Shown piece after piece: positions 27,206-32,000 of a DNA stretch of 32,000 bases. The DNA is taken from contig NZ_CP006867.1 of NCBI RefSeq assembly GCF_001481685.1, forward strand, positions 1,080,001 to 1,112,000, read 5' to 3'. Under the pieces are notes generated by a model, which was given only the letters and a program-made list of their open reading frames with translations, made no database searches and had not been told where the DNA came from. The position numbers were made by a program, and so were the translations under genes. The DNA comes from Ignicoccus islandicus DSM 13165 (GTDB lineage Archaea; Thermoproteota; Thermoprotei_A; Sulfolobales; Ignicoccaceae). Each line of letters opens with the position of its first letter. The stretch's first letter is position 1.

Positions 27206-28236
27206 ATTCTTTTGACCACTTCTTCGGCAAACTCCTTGGTCCCCAAGTTACCGCCCAAGTCCCTGGTCTTGAGGCCTTCCTTAAGGGTCTCTTCAATGGC
27301 CCTAACGAGATCTCTCGAGGCTTTGGAACCGTTCCTCAATCCCTTCTTCGCTTCCAACCACTCTAACATCATGGAGGCAGCCAACATAGTCGCTATAGGG
27401 TTAGCTAAGTTCTTTCCAGCTATATCGAAGGCCGCTCCGTGGACCGGTTCGAACAAGGCTCTTTCGTCTCCTACGTTAGCCGAAGGAGATAGGCCCAAGC
27501 TTCCGACTACTTGGGCTGCTAAGTCGGACAATATATCACCAAATACGTTAGGCGTGAGCATTACGTCGAACCTGTGGGGGTTCCTAACTAATTCCATTGC
27601 TGCCGCGTCCACGTACATCTCGTCTACCTCGACGCCTTCCTTCTCCAAGACTTCCCTAGCCACTTCCCTGAACAAACCACACGTTTTCCTCATAACGTTG
27701 GCCTTGTGTATTATAGTTACCTTATTAGACCTCCTTTTAGCGTATTCGGCTGCTACCTTGGAAATTCTACGAACTTCTCTTTCGCTAGTTAGCCTCAAGC
27801 CTACCGCTACTTTCTGTCCTAGGGAAGTTTGAGGAAGGAAGTTCTCTGCACCAATATATAAGTCTTCTATGTTTTCTCGTACTATTATAATGTCTATATT
27901 CTCTTTAAGAGCTGGCACTCCGGGTAAAGTTTTGGCGGGCCTTATGTTAGAGTATAGATCGAGCTCCCTCCTCAATCTAACGATAACGTCGGCCGCAGTT
28001 TCGCCTACTGGACCTTTAAGTATTGCGTCGCTCTGGAGTATTTTCTCGTAGCTTTCCTTAGGAAGCGCTTCCCCGTATTTCTCCTTAGCCCTATCGCCGG
28101 CCTCGACTTCAATGAATTCTATATTAAGCGAATATTTTTCAATTAACTTTTTCAATACTAGTAAGGTAGCTCCAACTACTTCCGGACCTATTCCATCGCC
28201 TTTTATAACTGCGACTTTCACCATTTCTATAACCAT
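27202..28236 (-). CDS. 3-isopropylmalate / isocitrate dehydrogenase family (LeuB-like)
   Basis: VKVAVIKGDGIGPEV, VRENIEDLYIG, TIIHKANVMRKTCGLF, MLTPNVFGDILSDLAAQVVGSLGLSPSANVG, FEPVHGAAFDIAGKNLANPIA. Confidence 0.93.
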   Translation of the reverse strand: MVIEMVKVAVIKGDGIGPEVVGATLLVLKKLIEKYSLNIEFIEVEAGDRAKEKYGEALPKESYEKILQSDAILKGPVGETAADVIVRLRRELDLYSNIRPAKTLPGVPALKENIDIIIVRENIEDLYIGAENFLPQTSLGQKVAVGLRLTSEREVRRISKVAAEYAKRRSNKVTIIHKANVMRKTCGLFREVAREVLEKEGVEVDEMYVDAAAMELVRNPHRFDVMLTPNVFGDILSDLAAQVVGSLGLSPSANVGDERALFEPVHGAAFDIAGKNLANPIATMLAASMMLEWLEAKKGLRNGSKASRDLVRAIEETLKEGLKTRDLGGNLGTKEFAEEVVKRI

Positions 28237-28307
28237 AAGGTAAGCCCTTAACGAGCAAATAAGTTTCAGTTCAAATAAGAGATTATGTTAAAAAACACTC
28301 AAATTTA

Positions 28308-31190
28308 CTACTTCAATGGGGAAATCATAAGAGACATAGAAACGCTTATTGAGGCAGTGTAAGCTCCGGGTTCGAACGGTGCCACGTTACCAGCGAACAA
28401 GCTCTCACCCAAGTTGATTTGAGTAGTACTTCCAACGTTCCTTATTAACGGTAGCTCCATTGATCCAATTAACTCGTTCTTTAATTCTCCTCCATCGTAT
28501 TTCTGTAAGTAGACGTTTAGTGCTACGACCTTTCCATCAACAACCTTAGGCTTCAATACGAACTTTATATCTCTATAGCCTAGAGCAGGGTTCACGTCTA
28601 CCACTTGAACGTCACCGTTCACTTTTAACAACAGCTTCACGTTCACTACAGCATAAGGTTTCTCATCATCTAGGTCGTAGACTACCATTACCGAGTTCTT
28701 TATCTTGGTCTCCACCACGTGTCCAGGAAGTTCTATATCTGCGTAGAGGTTATCTAGGAACTCCGGTGGAATGTTAAATATCTGTTGAAGTTCAACCTTA
28801 ACTATCAGCTCTAAGTTACCGAGTGGCGCTACGTCCACGTTATCAAATACGCCATCTCCGTCAGTATCAGGCCTCAACGGGCTCGTGTGATATACCTTGA
28901 CTTCTTGGTAGTCGGTTAGACCGTCCTTATCAGTATCGTTGCTGAGCGGGTTAGTATGATATTCCACTACTTCCTGATAGTCGGTCAAGTTATCCTTATC
29001 GCTATCTTTAACTAGAGGATCTGTGTGATACCTAACTATCTCCTCGTAGTCAGTTAAACCGTCTTCGTCAGTGTCCTTCTTCAATGGGTCAGTGTGATAT
29101 ACCTTGACTTCTTGGTAATCAGTTAGACCATCACCGTCGGTATCTGGTCTCAATGGATTAGTATGCGATATAGCCAGTTCGTAGTAGTCAGTCAATTCAT
29201 CGCCATCTGTATCGTTCTTCAATGGATCGGTGTGGTATACCTTAACTTCTTGATAATCAGAGAGTTTATCTCCGTCGGAGTCGTTCTTCAAGGGGTTCGT
29301 TCCATATATGACTGCCTCTTGGTAATCAGTTAGTTCGTCTCCATCCGTGTCTTGCTTTAGCGGATCAGTATGGTAAACCTTAACTTCTTGATAGTCGGTT
29401 AGACCATCACCGTCAGTGTCCTTCTGTAATGGGCTAGTGAAGTAAACGAAGAGCTCTTCGTAGTCAGTTAATCCCTCACCGTCAGTGTCGTTCTTCAATG
29501 GGTTGGTTTCATATATGAATATCTCGTCGTAATCAGTAATGTTGTCCCCATCTGTATCCTTCTTCAATGGATTAGTATGGTACTTCACTATTTCATCGTA
29601 GTCAGTTATTTTATCTCCATCAGTATCTGCCAAGGACGGACTGGTATGGTAAACCATTACTTCTTGATAATCAGTAAGCTTATCTCCGTCAGTATCTGGG
29701 TTCAGTGGATCAGTGTGGTAAACCTTGGCCTCTTGGAAGTCCGTTAGTCCGTCGCCATCGGTATCGGGGTCGAGCGGGTTAGTGCCGTATTTGAATATCT
29801 CTTCGTAGTCAGTTAGACCATCGCTATCGGTATCGTTAAGAATGGGCGATGTATGGTATACTGATACTTCTACGTAATCACCGATGCCGTCGCCGTCAGT
29901 ATCTGGACTCAGGGGATTTGTCTTATAAACGAAAACTTCATCGAAATCGCTTAGCCCATCTCCGTCCGAATCAGGCGTTAGGGGGTTTGTCCCGAACGCT
30001 TTAACTTCTTGGTAATCGCTCAATCCGTCTCCGTCCGTGTCTTGGCTCAAGGGATTGGTATGATAGACGAAGAGCTCTTCGTAGTCAGTTAGACCATCGC
30101 TATCGGTATCTGGGTTTATGGGACTCGTGTGGTAAACCTTTACTTCCTCGTAATCGCTTAGACCGTCTCCATCCGTGTCCTTCTTCAACGGGCTCGTGCC
30201 GAAGACGATCAATTCGTTGTAATCGCTTAGCCCATCCCCGTCCGTGTCCTTACTTAAGGGGTTGGTTCCGTAGACCTTTATCTCCTCGTAGTCCGTTAGA
30301 CCGTCCTCGTCGCTGTCCTTCATGAGTGGATTGGTGTGGTAAACCTTGACTTCTTGGTAATCAGTTAGACCGTCCTTATCAGTATCGTTGCTGAGCGGGT
30401 TAGTGCCATATATTTTGACTTCGTCGAAAGCGTTCAAGCCGTCCTTATCGGGGTCAGTTAGACTTACGTTAAGGAAAAGCGCTGCTCCAGAAAGGTCCTT
30501 CGAGAGAAGTATTACGGCGCTGTCTACGTCTTTCGTGACCCAGTATAGTTTCACCGTTACGTTCCCTTTAGTTACGTTAATGTCGTAAACGCGCTTGCTT
30601 AACGGGAAGGCAATTTGCTTCGGACTAATTCCAGCGATTTCGCCGTTCTTTACTACTATGGTAAATAACTTGGGATAGTCGGAAGTCTTAACGTTAAATG
30701 TTAGCAGTAATTTGCCTATGGATGCATATAGGTTCTCTAGAACGTCCCTGAGGTTATTCTCGAAACTGAGTCTAACTGTGGTCGAATTAGTTACGAAGGA
30801 GCATTTCTCTATAGGAACACTTAACTCATTCGTTTGGACGTTCAAAGCCACGTTAAATGTACTGACCGTCTTATTGGCCGCGTTCCTAAGTTCTATCTTC
30901 AAGGCATTACATGGGAATGTGTAGTTGAGTTCCTTCAGTGGTATCTCTAGTTTAATTAAGGTTGAGACGTGATTCAAGGGTACGTAGTATTCCTCGGAAG
31001 TTATACCGCAAGCATCGACCACAACCTTCATGGTAGCAGCGTTCTCTAGGGTTAGAGGTACTGCTACGAACGGCTTCGGGTAATCCTTGGAAATCTCGCA
31101 GATTATAGCGTTAGGTGCGTTTATAGTTGGAAGTTGCATAGCGACGGAGGCAAATATCAGTGCCGAAATTACGAAGACCGTTTTCTTCAA
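28308..31190 (-). CDS. Giant exported protein with tandem thrombospondin-type-3-like Ca-binding repeats (960 aa)
   Basis: Signal peptide MKKTVFVISALIFASVAMQL; repeats of consensus DTDGDGLTDYQEVKVYHTNPLxx; non-repeat N- and C-terminal domains. Confidence 0.88.
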   Translation of the reverse strand: MKKTVFVISALIFASVAMQLPTINAPNAIICEISKDYPKPFVAVPLTLENAATMKVVVDACGITSEEYYVPLNHVSTLIKLEIPLKELNYTFPCNALKIELRNAANKTVSTFNVALNVQTNELSVPIEKCSFVTNSTTVRLSFENNLRDVLENLYASIGKLLLTFNVKTSDYPKLFTIVVKNGEIAGISPKQIAFPLSKRVYDINVTKGNVTVKLYWVTKDVDSAVILLSKDLSGAALFLNVSLTDPDKDGLNAFDEVKIYGTNPLSNDTDKDGLTDYQEVKVYHTNPLMKDSDEDGLTDYEEIKVYGTNPLSKDTDGDGLSDYNELIVFGTSPLKKDTDGDGLSDYEEVKVYHTSPINPDTDSDGLTDYEELFVYHTNPLSQDTDGDGLSDYQEVKAFGTNPLTPDSDGDGLSDFDEVFVYKTNPLSPDTDGDGIGDYVEVSVYHTSPILNDTDSDGLTDYEEIFKYGTNPLDPDTDGDGLTDFQEAKVYHTDPLNPDTDGDKLTDYQEVMVYHTSPSLADTDGDKITDYDEIVKYHTNPLKKDTDGDNITDYDEIFIYETNPLKNDTDGEGLTDYEELFVYFTSPLQKDTDGDGLTDYQEVKVYHTDPLKQDTDGDELTDYQEAVIYGTNPLKNDSDGDKLSDYQEVKVYHTDPLKNDTDGDELTDYYELAISHTNPLRPDTDGDGLTDYQEVKVYHTDPLKKDTDEDGLTDYEEIVRYHTDPLVKDSDKDNLTDYQEVVEYHTNPLSNDTDKDGLTDYQEVKVYHTSPLRPDTDGDGVFDNVDVAPLGNLELIVKVELQQIFNIPPEFLDNLYADIELPGHVVETKIKNSVMVVYDLDDEKPYAVVNVKLLLKVNGDVQVVDVNPALGYRDIKFVLKPKVVDGKVVALNVYLQKYDGGELKNELIGSMELPLIRNVGSTTQINLGESLFAGNVAPFEPGAYTASISVSMSLMISPLK
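28818..30455 (-). repeat. Protein-coding tandem repeat array: 23 complete 69-bp (23-aa) units plus a partial 24th
   Basis: Counted from the translation. The first Asp codon ends at 30455 and the 24th unit begins at 28868, a distance of exactly 23 x 69 bp, so there are no indels in the array. Confidence 0.93.
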
Positions 31191-31266
31191 AGCAATTATC
31201 CCGTGAAAAAGAACCAGAGGACTATATTTTTCCTTATCCTCCTTACCGAGTATAACGAGTTTTAAT

Positions 31267-31905
31267 TCAAGCTATTTTGAAGGTTAGACCCTTTACCTCA
31301 TCTAGGGTATGTCTCTCAAACTTTATGCCGCCTTCGGTAATTATAGCCACGTCTATGCCTTCTCCCGAAGCAGTGTCTCTCTGGGTAGCGGCGTAGACTG
31401 CCTTGAGAGCTAACTTAACAGCTTCCTCTACCTCCATGTCTTCTCTATATTCAGCTTCTAAGACGCCTACTGCCATAGGCGATCCCGAGCCCGTTACGAG
31501 GAACTTCTCTTCTGCAACTGTTCCGAACCAATCCAAACTGAAGAGTCTCGGTGCCGTGTCGTAACCTCCTAATAGGAACTGAACTATGTATGGGTAATAC
31601 CTAGACGCTCCAAACAATATGTTGGAAAGGAAGGTGGCAGCTGCCCTTACGCTCATCCTTTTTCCGACGCTTAACTCATATCTCTTTACTTCGTTCCTCA
31701 GTACTTCGGCTAACATCTGAGCGTCTGCAACTAGGCCGGCCGTAGTTAAGGCCATGTAATCGGAAATCTTTATTATTTTTACCACGTTCTTGTGTACAAT
31801 CATGTTTCCAGCAGTAGCCCTCTTATCTGCCGCTAGAATTACTGCGTTTGAAGTCCTTATACCAACGGTAGTTGTGCCCTTGATTGGTTTAGGTTTATAG
31901 TCCAT
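31267..31905 (-). CDS. psmB: 20S proteasome beta subunit
   Basis: Short propeptide MDYKPKPIKG then TTTVGIRTSNAVILAADKRAT, G(S)GSPMAVGVLE, YAATQRDTASGEGIDVAII. Confidence 0.94.
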   Translation of the reverse strand: MDYKPKPIKGTTTVGIRTSNAVILAADKRATAGNMIVHKNVVKIIKISDYMALTTAGLVADAQMLAEVLRNEVKRYELSVGKRMSVRAAATFLSNILFGASRYYPYIVQFLLGGYDTAPRLFSLDWFGTVAEEKFLVTGSGSPMAVGVLEAEYREDMEVEEAVKLALKAVYAATQRDTASGEGIDVAIITEGGIKFERHTLDEVKGLTFKIA

Positions 31906-31951
31906 TTTCTTATCCCTATGAGCTTGGCACTGTGGAAGGCAAAAAAACCGT

Positions 31952-32000
31952 TTACCTAAGCCTCTGCCTAGTCCAAGATTTCTTGTTCTGCCAACTGTAC
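31952..32000 (-). CDS. rpl37e: 3' end of ribosomal protein L37e (C-terminus ...YSWQNKKSWTRQRLR*), continues beyond the window
   Basis: Minus-strand frame from the window edge to the stop at 31952-31954. YSWQNKK is the conserved L37e C-terminal motif. Confidence 0.8.
   Translation of the reverse strand, partial: YSWQNKKSWTRQRLR

Noticed and set aside
27212-27832. 206-aa plus-strand ORF opposite the LeuB-like gene
   Set aside because: Antisense shadow of a confidently identified dehydrogenase; low-complexity Ser/Leu/Thr composition.
28818-30455. Regular short repeats that could be taken for a CRISPR array
   Set aside because: The 69-bp units are contiguous coding repeats with no unique spacers and translate to a Ca-binding consensus in one open frame.

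Overview
This 32 kb window is a gene-dense archaeal chromosome segment. Gene content (Hel308, PCNA, archaeal signal peptidase, proteasome beta, L37e, CARF-wHTH regulator, crenarchaeal-style SAMDC/ADC enzyme) suggests a crenarchaeote, possibly Desulfurococcales/Ignicoccus-like; that taxonomic guess is inference. Most genes are housekeeping: sec11-type signal peptidase, ABC-2 exporter, CoA-disulfide-reductase-like flavoenzyme, GDPD, ArgS, AIR-synthase-like protein, NadC-NadX, HAD phosphatase, PsiE-like protein, tRNA-Ala(UGC), PCNA, SAM decarboxylase family, SLC41/MgtE-like transporter, SNM1-like nuclease, Hel308, an IPM/citramalate synthase, an IPM/isocitrate dehydrogenase, PsmB, and the 3' end of rpl37e. 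No CRISPR array, transposon, integrase or prophage was found. The least explained material is: (1) an orphan CARF-wHTH (Csa3-like) regulator in an apparent operon with an ABC-2 exporter and an RmlD-like reductase; (2) a stand-alone four-cysteine Cas4/RecB-like nuclease next to a two-TM, sequon-rich coiled-coil protein; (3) three exported beta-propeller-like proteins within 6 kb, one fused to a DUF2341/ConA-like module; (4) a 960-aa exported protein with 23 complete plus 1 partial strictly 23-aa calcium-loop repeats; (5) a 12-bp poly-G tract; (6) small genes missing from the ORF track. I do not see convincing evidence of a complete novel defence system, only components worth following up.
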